Shown here: one piece after another, positions 31,018 through 40,157 of the stretch | Layout: every line of letters begins with the position of its first letter | Numbering within the stretch: the first letter of the stretch is position 1 | Assembly (NCBI GenBank): GCA_041697335.1 | Contig: JBGUGD010000031.1 | Location: 1 to 64,000, forward strand | Direction of reading: 5' to 3' | DNA: 64,000 nt | Source of the DNA: Vampirovibrionaceae bacterium NZW_1234 | Lineage (GTDB): Bacteria; Cyanobacteriota; Vampirovibrionia; Vampirovibrionales; JAGQHJ01 | The notes under the pieces: generated by a model | The model's database searches: none | The model's input: only the letters and a program-made list of their open reading frames with translations | What the model was told of the DNA's origin: nothing | Program-made: the position numbers and the translations under genes

Positions 31018-31389
31018 ATGATCATGCACCCGCTAGCGCCACGGCCAGTATCCACGTTCTCCTACCCAACCCTTCAGCCGGTTCGCCGACACAGTTACGT
31101 GCCCCCGGCACCCCGGTTTGGTCAAGCCCCGGAAAAACCGACATGGGGTCAGCGGGCCTATCGGTCCATTCCGCTGTTGGCCAGTCTCTCGTTCCTGCTG
31201 GGGTCTGGCTATTTATGTCTCAAGGAAACCATGATCCAAAAAGAGTGGGTCTCGTTTCCAACCCTCGCATGGACCGTGGGATCCGCACTCCTGGTGTTTC
31301 GGGAGACACGAGAACTGCTGCGAAACCCTGACAAAAACCCCCCGGATCCCCCACCGACAAATCCCAACACCACGGATGCCAAGGCATGA
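31018..31389 (+). CDS. Small two-TM protein (YrhK-like pattern) with RFG leader
   Basis: ...VPPAPRFG followed by two hydrophobic segments (FLLGS, TVGSALL). Confidence 0.6.
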   Translation: MIMHPLAPRPVSTFSYPTLQPVRRHSYVPPAPRFGQAPEKPTWGQRAYRSIPLLASLSFLLGSGYLCLKETMIQKEWVSFPTLAWTVGSALLVFRETRELLRNPDKNPPDPPPTNPNTTDAKA

Positions 31390-31488
31390 TACAATGCCCC
31401 GTGACGTTGTTGATGAGCGTTCATTCGCCTCACTCCTCTCTCCTTCTCTCCCGTTCTCCCGGTTGACATGAAAGGTTGAATCACCCCC

Positions 31489-32115
31489 ATGCCGTCTATT
31501 TATGACTTGAAACCCGCGTTTCAGCAATTGCTTCGCCCGATCCTTCACATGCTGATCCAGGCCAAGGTAACGCCGAACCAAATTACCCTGGTGGCGCTTT
31601 TTCTGTCGCTGGCCGGGGGCCTGATGCTGCTGTTTTTCAGACCCACCCCCTGGGCCCTGATCGTCATGCCGATCCTGTTGTTTGTGCGCATGGCCCTCAA
31701 TGCCCTGGACGGGATGTTGGCCCGGGAATGCCAACTGGCCAGCCAAAGCGGTGAAATTTTAAATGAACTTGGGGATGTCATCTCCGATGCCTTTCTCTAT
31801 GCGCCCCTGGTTCTGTATCTGCCGCCCACGCTGGCGAACTGGGCGTTTTTATTCATGTTTCTTTTTCTGGCACAACTGTCGGAATTCTGTGGCATCCTGG
31901 CCAAATGCGTCACCGGCGTGCGCCGCTATGAAGGTCCCATGGGGAAAAGCGACCGGGCCTTTCTGATCGGCCTGTTTTGCATCGCCTTGTATTTCTGGCC
32001 GCCGGTAATTTACTACAGCGCCTGGATTTTTGGCATCGCTTCGGTGCTTTTGGCGTGGAGTGCCTATAACCGAATACGGCCAAATACCTCGCATCAAAAC
32101 GCTAACGTGAGCTAA
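31489..32115 (+). CDS. CDP-alcohol phosphatidyltransferase family protein (YnbA-like)
   Basis: SIYDLKP.FQ, TPNQIT, RMALNALDGMLARE...G..LNE.GD..SD, GPMGKSDRA. Confidence 0.92.
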   Translation: MPSIYDLKPAFQQLLRPILHMLIQAKVTPNQITLVALFLSLAGGLMLLFFRPTPWALIVMPILLFVRMALNALDGMLARECQLASQSGEILNELGDVISDAFLYAPLVLYLPPTLANWAFLFMFLFLAQLSEFCGILAKCVTGVRRYEGPMGKSDRAFLIGLFCIALYFWPPVIYYSAWIFGIASVLLAWSAYNRIRPNTSHQNANVS

Positions 32116-32132
32116 CGTGAAAGGATAAGCCC

Positions 32133-33098
32133 GTGTTCGACACTTTGGTGAACTGGATCCAACATGCCTCGGCAGTGAGTCAAATGGGGCTTATCGTCGT
32201 GGGGCTTCTCCTGGTGGCGTCATTAATTACACGTGGACTTCAGCTGGCAAAACCTCAAAGCGATTTTTCCGAGCTGAAACTGCGCATTCGCTCCTGGTGG
32301 TATATGGCAGGCTTCTTCTTTGCCAGCTTGATCATCAGCCCGCATACCTCGTTATTCTTGTTTGCCCTGCTCAGTTTTCTGGCCCTCAAGGAATACTTCA
32401 CCATGATTCACACCCGCCTGGAGGATCACCGGGCCATGTTCTGGGCCTTTCTGGCTATACCGGTGCAGTACTGGTGGGTGTTTACCCAGTGGAAGGCCAT
32501 GATTTTGCTTTTTATTCCGGTCTATATGTTTTTATTTATTCCCTTCCGCCTGATTCTCGTGGGTCAACCCAAGGGAATCATTGATTCAATGGCCCGAATT
32601 CAATGGGGGTTGATGGCCTTTGTCTACTGCATCAGTTATCTGGGCTTTATTACAATTCTGCCTGCGACCGAAAGCATTCCCGGCGGGGGAAAGGCACTGC
32701 TGCTGTATCTGGTGTTCCTGACCGAGATGAATGACGTCTGCCAATATGTCTTTGGCAAACTGTTCGGCAAACGGAAAATTGTTCCCACCATCAGCCCCAA
32801 TAAAACATGGGAAGGCTTTTTAGGGGGATTCTTCAGCACCCTGCTCCTGGCGCAGGCCCTGCGGTTTTTAAGCGGGTTTTCCATGGAGGCGTCTCTGGCC
32901 GCGGGCGCCATTATCAGTGCGTCGGGCTTTATTGGGGATGTCGTGATCTCCGCCGTCAAACGCGATATCGGCGTGAAGGATTCCAGCACCCTGATTCCCG
33001 GTCATGGCGGCATGCTGGACCGGGTGGATTCCCTGGCCTACACGGCCCCCCTCTTCTTCCATTTCACCAATTACTTTTTCTACCACCAGCGCTGGTAA
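32133..33098 (+). CDS. Phosphatidate cytidylyltransferase (YnbB/CdsA family)
   Basis: SFLALKEY, NDV.QY..GK.FGK, SPNKTWEG, KRDIGVKD, IPGHGGMLDRVDS. Confidence 0.92.
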   Translation: MFDTLVNWIQHASAVSQMGLIVVGLLLVASLITRGLQLAKPQSDFSELKLRIRSWWYMAGFFFASLIISPHTSLFLFALLSFLALKEYFTMIHTRLEDHRAMFWAFLAIPVQYWWVFTQWKAMILLFIPVYMFLFIPFRLILVGQPKGIIDSMARIQWGLMAFVYCISYLGFITILPATESIPGGGKALLLYLVFLTEMNDVCQYVFGKLFGKRKIVPTISPNKTWEGFLGGFFSTLLLAQALRFLSGFSMEASLAAGAIISASGFIGDVVISAVKRDIGVKDSSTLIPGHGGMLDRVDSLAYTAPLFFHFTNYFFYHQRW

Positions 33099-33101
33099 CC
33101 C

Positions 33102-33773
33102 ATGATGTTGCGCCGAATCGCCCGGATCCTGTTTTTTCTGGCCGTGGTAAAGCCCCTGCTTTTGGTTGTGCTGGGGCTCAATGTCTTTGGACGTCAGCAT
33201 CTTCCCCAGGGGCAGCAATTTATTCTGATTGCCAACCATAACAGCCACCTGGATACCCTGGCCCTGATGAACATGTTTCCCCTCACCCAGTTGCACCGGA
33301 TTCACCCGGTGGCGGCCGGGGACTACTTTTTAAAAAACCGGCTCATGGCCTGGTTCAGCCAAACCTTTCTCAATATCCTGCCCATTGCCCGAAGCAACTT
33401 TACACGGGAAACCAACCCGTTGACGAAAATGGGCGACGTCCTTGCCCAGGGCGATTCGCTGATTCTGTTTCCCGAAGGCACGCGCGGGGAGCCGGAGATT
33501 ATGGCTCCCTTCCAAACCGGGATTGCGCATTTGATTAAAAAATATCCGAACGTGCCGGTGGTTCCCGTCTTTTTAAAAAACATGGGGCGCTCCCTGCCCA
33601 AAGGGGAAGCGCTTTTACTGCCATTGTTTTGTGATGCCCTCATTGGTCCGCCGTGTCATTTTACCGGGAGCAAGGATGACATTCTGGCCCAGATTCAAGC
33701 CACCATGAGTGACTTACAGCAGTCGTTGATCGGCATGTTTGAAGAAACAGACCGAGCCAGCGACAACGCATAG
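33102..33773 (+). CDS. Lysophospholipid acyltransferase (PlsC family)
   Basis: ANHNSHLD, FPEGTRG, VPVVP. Confidence 0.9.
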   Translation: MMLRRIARILFFLAVVKPLLLVVLGLNVFGRQHLPQGQQFILIANHNSHLDTLALMNMFPLTQLHRIHPVAAGDYFLKNRLMAWFSQTFLNILPIARSNFTRETNPLTKMGDVLAQGDSLILFPEGTRGEPEIMAPFQTGIAHLIKKYPNVPVVPVFLKNMGRSLPKGEALLLPLFCDALIGPPCHFTGSKDDILAQIQATMSDLQQSLIGMFEETDRASDNA

Positions 33774-33841
33774 CCCCCTCGGAGACACACACCCATGTTT
33801 GTACTACCATGGCAGATGAATTGCTGATGGAGTCGTTTTTG

Positions 33842-34204
33842 ATGAAACTTCGTTTTGGGACCGATTTGCATTTTGACAACAGCATCACTCCGAAAGAACA
33901 AGCCACGATTCGCCATTTCTTTGCCGATCGGCAATTATTGGCCTCCGACGGCACGGTAACCGATGTGTATCGCTTTGCCGAAGAGCCGGACAGCATTCAT
34001 TTGTCGGTGGAAGCGATGCAGGCCCGGAAACCTTTAAAACGCCGCAAAAACCGTCCTCAGCACCAAACGGTCAAGAAAGCATTGGCACGCCTTCCCCTGG
34101 CCAAGGAAGTGGTTCGTATGGGCGACTTTACCGCCATGCCGTTACCCCAGGCGCTCGCGGATTTAATTGATGAATTGATTCGCATCGGACGAAGCCCATC
34201 CTAA
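33842..34204 (+). CDS. Hypothetical protein with RFG leader (MKLRFG)
   Basis: GGAG RBS before ATG 33842; alternative start at 33809. Confidence 0.6.
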   Translation: MKLRFGTDLHFDNSITPKEQATIRHFFADRQLLASDGTVTDVYRFAEEPDSIHLSVEAMQARKPLKRRKNRPQHQTVKKALARLPLAKEVVRMGDFTAMPLPQALADLIDELIRIGRSPS

Positions 34205-34831
34205 GGCCGGATAAGACGTTTTTAATGCATTGAAAAACTTACTTGCTCACACGCAATGACGTTGGAAATGCCACTCGAAGGTATCGCCCCCCTCGATTGC
34301 GAAGCCGGGCCATCAGGCCAGTCAGCATGATCCGCACGCTTCGAAAGCAGATACATTGCAGCAGCGACATCAACAACACCAATAGGATTCCTTCATACCG
34401 AGGCTATGGAAGCAGCTGCATTAAAGCCCAATACTGTCGCCGCTCAGCCATTTAAAACACGAGAATAAGAAAGTGATAATGCTAAAACAGTCATTATCTT
34501 TCATTATTCTTGGACGCACCTATACCCGCTTCAAAACGATTCCCGCCACGCTGTCTCTTTGGCATCGAAACAATGTGTGAATTTATTATAGAGCACGATC
34601 ATGAAATTGGGCTAGACGCGAATTTATTTGCTAGGGTTCTTCTTTTTTGGTTCAGCGCTATCCGAATACCGCTTTTGCGGATACCCCGGGATCCGCATCT
34701 GCCCATGAAAAATCCTCTGATAAGAGGAGCCCCGACGGTAAAAATACACACACCTATAGGAGCCGCTAGAACGTCAATTTCGGTATTCTTAACCCTACGT
34801 TGAATTTTATGAAACGCGAAAGGGATTACCC

Positions 34832-34936
34832 ATGAATATTAAGCAATTGATGCTCTATTCCATCATTACAACAGGCCTGTGGTTGGGTGCAAATTACCTG
34901 CTGCCCGTGCTGCCTGGCTTTGGTGAAATTTTTTAA
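34832..34936 (+). CDS. Putative 34-aa single-TM peptide
   Basis: Hand translation MNIKQLMLYSIITTGLWLGANYLLPVLPGFGEIF*; AAAGGGA upstream. Confidence 0.35.
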   Translation: MNIKQLMLYSIITTGLWLGANYLLPVLPGFGEIF

Positions 34937-35134
34937 CGCACTGGCCCGAATAAAAATAAAACAATACGTGACACTCTGCCCACCATGGGTGGAGTGTTTT
35001 AGCGTGACTCGCATTTTTTGCGCATCAATACGTGAGCTTTACTGCTCGAATTACAATCTGAAATAATGATTGAATACGCCGGATACTTGTCATAGGATCA
35101 AAGACACGTCAACGCGCCTAAAGGAACCGGTTGT

Positions 35135-36052
35135 ATGAGACTCGCCCCGCCTAGATTTCAAGGCTCCATTGTGGTTCGCACCATGAGCGATCCCCGTCAC
35201 CAGGAAGACTACCTGAAAGCACAAGTCACCCCATTGCCGGGAACAATTATTCCTCCGTATTTACAGTCCCAACAAACGGTTCGGGATCTCTTGAAAACAG
35301 TGACAATGACTCACGTCAAGGGGATTGTCAAGCGTCTGACGCCCGCAAAGCCTGACAAAGCCAATACACCGCAATTGACGATCGGGCATAACCTTAAAAC
35401 CGCAACCATTGACTATGGTGAAAACGTCACCTTGCGAGGCCAGCTCCACCAGGCGCTACTGGAAGTGGGAGCCGATTTTATCGATACGGACGGCGATATT
35501 TTTAAACCCGGCTTTAAAATCCAGTTGCAGGAACAATTTCTCCAAGGGCTGGGCCACCCCTTGGAGCGGGAAATCCTGAAACTTCTCAAAGAAAAAAACC
35601 TCACCCTGGCAACGGCAGAATCGGCCACAGGCGGCCTGGTCAGCTCTCGGCTGACCGACATTCGCGGCAGTTCCTACTTCGTGAAGCACAATATTGTGAC
35701 CTATTGCAACGAAGCCAAAACCAATGCCCTGGGCGTCGATGCAGATTTTCTGGCTAAAGAGGGTCCCTATAATGAGCGCACCGCTGCCGATATGGCCGAA
35801 GGCGTGCGCAAAGCCACCGGTGCCAAGGTTGGTCTGGCCTTTACCGGCCTGGCCGGCTGCAATAAATGGGGCGATGACTTTGCCGGGGTGGTCTTTATCG
35901 GATTGGCCGGATTAAGCGATAAACCCATTGTCAAACGGGTCCAAGTCGATGCCGATTTGCCTCGGACACTGAAAAAACAGCTTTTTAGCGAATACGGGCT
36001 CGTCTTTCTCAAACACTACCTGCAGGGCAATTTGACCTCAGATTCACCTTAA
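35135..36052 (+). CDS. CinA C-terminal/PncC (NMN deamidase-like) domain protein with unknown N-terminal region and RFQG leader
   Basis: TLATAESATGGLVSSRLTDI.GSS, TY.NEAK, MAEGVR, TGLAG; begins MRLAPPRFQG. Confidence 0.82.
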   Translation: MRLAPPRFQGSIVVRTMSDPRHQEDYLKAQVTPLPGTIIPPYLQSQQTVRDLLKTVTMTHVKGIVKRLTPAKPDKANTPQLTIGHNLKTATIDYGENVTLRGQLHQALLEVGADFIDTDGDIFKPGFKIQLQEQFLQGLGHPLEREILKLLKEKNLTLATAESATGGLVSSRLTDIRGSSYFVKHNIVTYCNEAKTNALGVDADFLAKEGPYNERTAADMAEGVRKATGAKVGLAFTGLAGCNKWGDDFAGVVFIGLAGLSDKPIVKRVQVDADLPRTLKKQLFSEYGLVFLKHYLQGNLTSDSP

Positions 36053-36078
36053 TCTCGGCTTTTTAGTTTATAACGGGT

Positions 36079-37284
36079 TTACTCTGTCCGGGGTATCAGC
36101 TCGTGTGGGGATGCGACCCTTATTGATGAGTCGGTCTCGGTGTTCTTCCAATGCCACTGGAGTTTGCCCTGCAACACCGGAAAAGTCGGATTCAGTATCC
36201 AGCGCCGAACGGGGACTTCCACCCACCGGTACATCAATACGGCACACCCCAGACTCAGGCTCAACAGGAGCATGATTAAAAGACCACCCGGCAACAGGCC
36301 GATTGCCGCCGTCGGCTCATAGCCGAATCGCTTAAGGCAAAACAAGACGTAGCGCATGATGAGATGATGGAACAGGTAGAATGAATAGCTGATTTCGCCA
36401 CCGAGAATAACCCAGGGATGGGTCAGTACGGCCAGCGGTTGGCCATAGGCCTCGAGTAAGGCCAGGCCGAGAATCATGGCCCAGGCCCCGCCCATGTAAT
36501 ACAAATAAAAATACTCACCGGCAAAGGTCTTCACGCCCAGAAAAACAGGCTCCAACACCATTAAGAGCAGCACGGCCATCAAGCCGAAACACAGGCCTTT
36601 TCTGTTAAAAGCGGAGGTAAACACGGACTGCAACAGAGGATGTTGGCGGTAATGGGTATAAAGATACCCGCCCAGCATGCCCACGACAAACTCGCCTAAG
36701 CGATTGGCAGGGAAGGTTGCTCCAGCATAAAAGCTGTGCGCGGGTAATTCGTGTTGCACTACAACCAGACACGCCCAATACAACCCAAGGGCAATAGCCA
36801 CATGACGAACCGGCTTGCCCGCCATAAACAAGAGACCTAAAATCGGAAAGCATCCATAGAAAAATGCTTCAAGACTAATCGACCACCCCGGGGCGTTGAG
36901 GGCCCCGCATGACGCTTGCCAGAAGCAATGCAGCAAACTTAGGTTCAATGGCAACTCAGGCCACAGGGACCGATGGTTGGGCGAAAACATCTCGATCGGC
37001 AGCGCTGCCAGAACACCCAGCGCAAAAACGGGATAAATGCGGGCAAAACGGGCCTTAAAAAATCGTCCTAAAGCCAGCTTTGGGGCATCGGGCTTAAGGT
37101 AGTTGATAAACAAAACAAAGCCGCTCAGCACAAAGAAAACCGAAACACCCAGTTGCCCCAACTGATTTAAAAAATCATAGAAAGGTCCCTGGGTTAAGCC
37201 CAGCAAATAGCCAAACAAATACAAGTGGGAAATGAACACAAAGAGGGCCGCATAAAAGCGAATACCGGTTAGACTTCGAATCAT
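36079..37284 (-). CDS. Acyltransferase family 3 (OafA-like) membrane protein
   Basis: LTGIRF.AA..V..SH, GV..FFVLSGF, RFARIYP, WSISLEAFFY, GEISYSFYL.H, VEVP. Confidence 0.92.
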   Translation of the reverse strand: MIRSLTGIRFYAALFVFISHLYLFGYLLGLTQGPFYDFLNQLGQLGVSVFFVLSGFVLFINYLKPDAPKLALGRFFKARFARIYPVFALGVLAALPIEMFSPNHRSLWPELPLNLSLLHCFWQASCGALNAPGWSISLEAFFYGCFPILGLLFMAGKPVRHVAIALGLYWACLVVVQHELPAHSFYAGATFPANRLGEFVVGMLGGYLYTHYRQHPLLQSVFTSAFNRKGLCFGLMAVLLLMVLEPVFLGVKTFAGEYFYLYYMGGAWAMILGLALLEAYGQPLAVLTHPWVILGGEISYSFYLFHHLIMRYVLFCLKRFGYEPTAAIGLLPGGLLIMLLLSLSLGCAVLMYRWVEVPVRRWILNPTFPVLQGKLQWHWKNTETDSSIRVASPHELIPRTE

Positions 37285-37669
37285 CAGAATCTTTCTGGGG
37301 CTTCTTTCTGGGCAACATGCCAAAGCGTCGACATCAGGAACGGGGTAACCCTTTCTTGGTAAACACCCCGGGACAGGAAAAATTGCCTCGAGACAAAAAA
37401 ACCCAATCTACAGCGAGGAGACCTTTCCAAACAAATTCATGCCAGGGGGGGCAAGGATTTCCGGAAATCAAACGCTTTTTCCCGGCAGACAGATGCCGGG
37501 TTTCACGGGTTGGTTTCTCTGTTACAAAACTTAAACACCTGCTGTATGGTTAATACACCATGCCTTAGACCGTTAAAATTACGTTACATCACGATTAATT
37601 CGGGTTTAATTTGGGAATATAACTGAAGAGCACGATTAGAGAGAACAATAAGAACAAGGTATATTCGCT

Positions 37670-37909
37670 ATGGGTAAGAAACCATCTTGCCGGTCGGATA
37701 AGACGTCCCACTTGAGTCTTAATATTCAAGAGGCCAAACGTCTTCGATACGAGATTTTGTCCTTGATCCGTCCCGAAGAATTTTCCGATGACGATGATGA
37801 GCACCTGTCCTTTCGTGAACCTCGCATGGTGAGTTATAAGGATCTTCAAAAACTCAAAGTCGAAGTGTCACGAATACATCAAAAGCGAGTGCGAGAAAGC
37901 GCCCCCTAA
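37670..37909 (+). CDS. Hypothetical protein
   Basis: 79 aa ORF with charged, helical composition and AAGG upstream. Confidence 0.4.
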   Translation: MGKKPSCRSDKTSHLSLNIQEAKRLRYEILSLIRPEEFSDDDDEHLSFREPRMVSYKDLQKLKVEVSRIHQKRVRESAP

Positions 37910-38135
37910 GTTACTCGGGCTCTCTTTAGCAACCATACCCAGTCCTCTTAGGGACGATAGTCAGAAAACGTATTCTGTGCTGATGTTTGGGCGCATCCTC
38001 CATGGAGGATGCGTCTTTGGTTTTTATCGCCCGTCCCTTCAGGGGTAACGATGCGTTAACAAAAACGCATTTTCTTCTCTTGAGCAGTGTTGATATGACA
38101 TCGTCAGATGATTTCCTCAGGAGGATTTTGGGTTC

Positions 38136-38672
38136 ATGCAACAGGTTTATGGTTATTCCGCCGTTTCTTCCCTTCAGAAGCCGCTGTTTGGGAGTCGGCA
38201 ACGTCAGCCATCGGATGTCGAGTATTCGTGTATGCTGCTCAAGCCCCCGAGCCCGGGATCCGTGGCTCCAGGAGAGGAGAGCACTTACGACAAGCTCAAA
38301 AATTACCCGATTCCCCCTGGTTGGACACGTCGGACCCATCACTGCACCATTGAATACAACCCTGTAAATGGGCGGTATCCTTCAGGAACAGGTCAAATCA
38401 AGGTTTCAGCCATTCGCAAAACCAATGAGGTCATCTACGCCATTGCCGACCCACCGGATTACATCAAGCAATGGGCCGCAAGAGAAGGCCTTAACCAGCC
38501 ATGGCACATTACCATTGCGACGGCCCCAGGCATTCCTGCGGTCAGAGCCAAGGAAATGACAGCGCAAAATATTGGCGAATATATCGAGCGGTTCGATCCC
38601 CCCCTGTCGATTGATTTCGAAGCGGGTGGGTTTACCTTCGGGGGCGACCTGACGACAGCGAACCCCAAATAA
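38136..38672 (+). CDS. 2H phosphoesterase-like protein with LFG leader
   Basis: Two HxT motifs (HHCTI, WHITIA) about 55 aa apart; AGGAGG RBS; followed by a terminator. Confidence 0.65.
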   Translation: MQQVYGYSAVSSLQKPLFGSRQRQPSDVEYSCMLLKPPSPGSVAPGEESTYDKLKNYPIPPGWTRRTHHCTIEYNPVNGRYPSGTGQIKVSAIRKTNEVIYAIADPPDYIKQWAAREGLNQPWHITIATAPGIPAVRAKEMTAQNIGEYIERFDPPLSIDFEAGGFTFGGDLTTANPK

Positions 38673-38677
38673 GACGT

Positions 38678-38704
38678 GAATGCCCGCTAAAATAGCGGGC
38701 ATTC
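38678..38704. terminator. Hairpin between convergent genes
   Basis: gaatgcccgcta-aaa-tagcgggcattc. Confidence 0.7.
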
Positions 38705-38745
38705 TTCTAAATCCAGATAAATTTTAATCTTAGGGCAGCGGAAGG

Positions 38746-39072
38746 CTAGGCAATAATATTCAACTGTCCCTTAGCCCTTGCGGCATCTACAGCCTCCTGG
38801 CAGGCATTCACCCGAGCTTGTGCCAGGCCGCGTAATGGATGTCCCTCCAGCTTCCGGGACACCTCGGTCAAGTCTGGGGCATTGGTATTGGTAATCAAAA
38901 CAACCTGATCATTGGGTAACTCTTCCATCATGACGGAAGTAGGATTATCAATATCCAAAACCGCCGGATCCTGGGTCACTTTTGCCAATTCCCGCGGCAA
39001 AGGTTCCAGTAACATCCGCTTGGTATTGTCGTTATGGTTTAAAAGGTGAATGGCTCCAAACCGCATCGTCAA
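38746..39072 (-). CDS. Hypothetical protein with RFG leader (MTMRFG)
   Basis: GGAG RBS; about 107 aa. Confidence 0.65.
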   Translation of the reverse strand: MTMRFGAIHLLNHNDNTKRMLLEPLPRELAKVTQDPAVLDIDNPTSVMMEELPNDQVVLITNTNAPDLTEVSRKLEGHPLRGLAQARVNACQEAVDAARAKGQLNIIA

Positions 39073-39305
39073 AACTCCATATCAATGCCTTCCTCCTTTC
39101 AAGTCTGCTCAAGACCCAAAGTTGCGTGCTCGTATTTTTTTGACTGCCATCTTTTTGTCATCATCTCCCAGTAAGCTGATGCTCGAGTAGACATTAACTT
39201 TGTAAACACCGGTGTTTTCCTTTTCTTTACAAAGACAATTGTTCTCCTTAAAATCGCATTAAGCATCGTTTTTATTTTGTTATGTCATGGTTGGGGACAG
39301 TATCC

Positions 39306-40157
39306 ATGGTTGGAATTGGGGGTCGTTTGGCTGTTTGTCCGACACGGGCATCTGCACAGGGCAGTCGGTTTGCGCTTCGCTTTGGCGAAAAAAGGGTACA
39401 GCCAGAGAATGGATTGCCGGAAGGTCTGGTCAAAGGCATTGAATCGGATATCCGCCTGAAGCGGGTCGAGAGCAAGCCCGCCCTGGAAAGGCAGTCGGCA
39501 TTCTTCAAGTGGATTACAGCACACCGGCAAGCGCTGAGTGCCTCTGGCTTGGAAGAGGGCATACACCTCTTCGACCAAATTCAACGTATTGCCGGACAAG
39601 GCAAAAGCAAGCGTTCCTCCCTCGTGTCGGAACTCACACTGATGCGCATGGGGTTCTTGAATTACCCCAAGCAGAACCCTGCTGCCCAAACCGCCTTTCA
39701 ACAGATTCATCAATACTTTAACACGGCACTTGGCCGCGTCGAAAAACCTCAGGACTCACCCGTGATGCAGCGCCTTAAACAGGCTCTTATTGCTGCGGCG
39801 GCAGAGGACACGGCCTATGACAAGGCAGCCTACCGAAAACGGAGCCATCCCATTGAAGGGCACTGCAAAGCCGTGGCTCATGTGCTCGAAAATCTCCTGG
39901 GTGGCGTAATTGTTCGAGGTATGGTCGACGGCGAGACCCATTTTTTCAATCGGGTTCAAAACGGCACCATGTTGGATATGTCCAATGAACAGTATTCTGC
40001 GGATCGGACCCGGTATAACGGGTATACTCCCGTCACGACAAATTTTCGTATCGTTGCGCCCACCAAGGACATTAATCCCCGGTTTAAAACCTATTTCAGT
40101 CGGGTTCTGACCGCGTATTTGAGCTCGCTGGAACAGAGTCTTGAACAAACGCCCTGA
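39306..40157 (+). CDS. RFG-leader protein with C-terminal YunG-like Cys-His-Asp domain
   Basis: GHC.AV...L..LLGG.I, THFFNR, LDMSNEQY; alternative start at 39282. Confidence 0.6.
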   Translation: MVGIGGRLAVCPTRASAQGSRFALRFGEKRVQPENGLPEGLVKGIESDIRLKRVESKPALERQSAFFKWITAHRQALSASGLEEGIHLFDQIQRIAGQGKSKRSSLVSELTLMRMGFLNYPKQNPAAQTAFQQIHQYFNTALGRVEKPQDSPVMQRLKQALIAAAAEDTAYDKAAYRKRSHPIEGHCKAVAHVLENLLGGVIVRGMVDGETHFFNRVQNGTMLDMSNEQYSADRTRYNGYTPVTTNFRIVAPTKDINPRFKTYFSRVLTAYLSSLEQSLEQTP

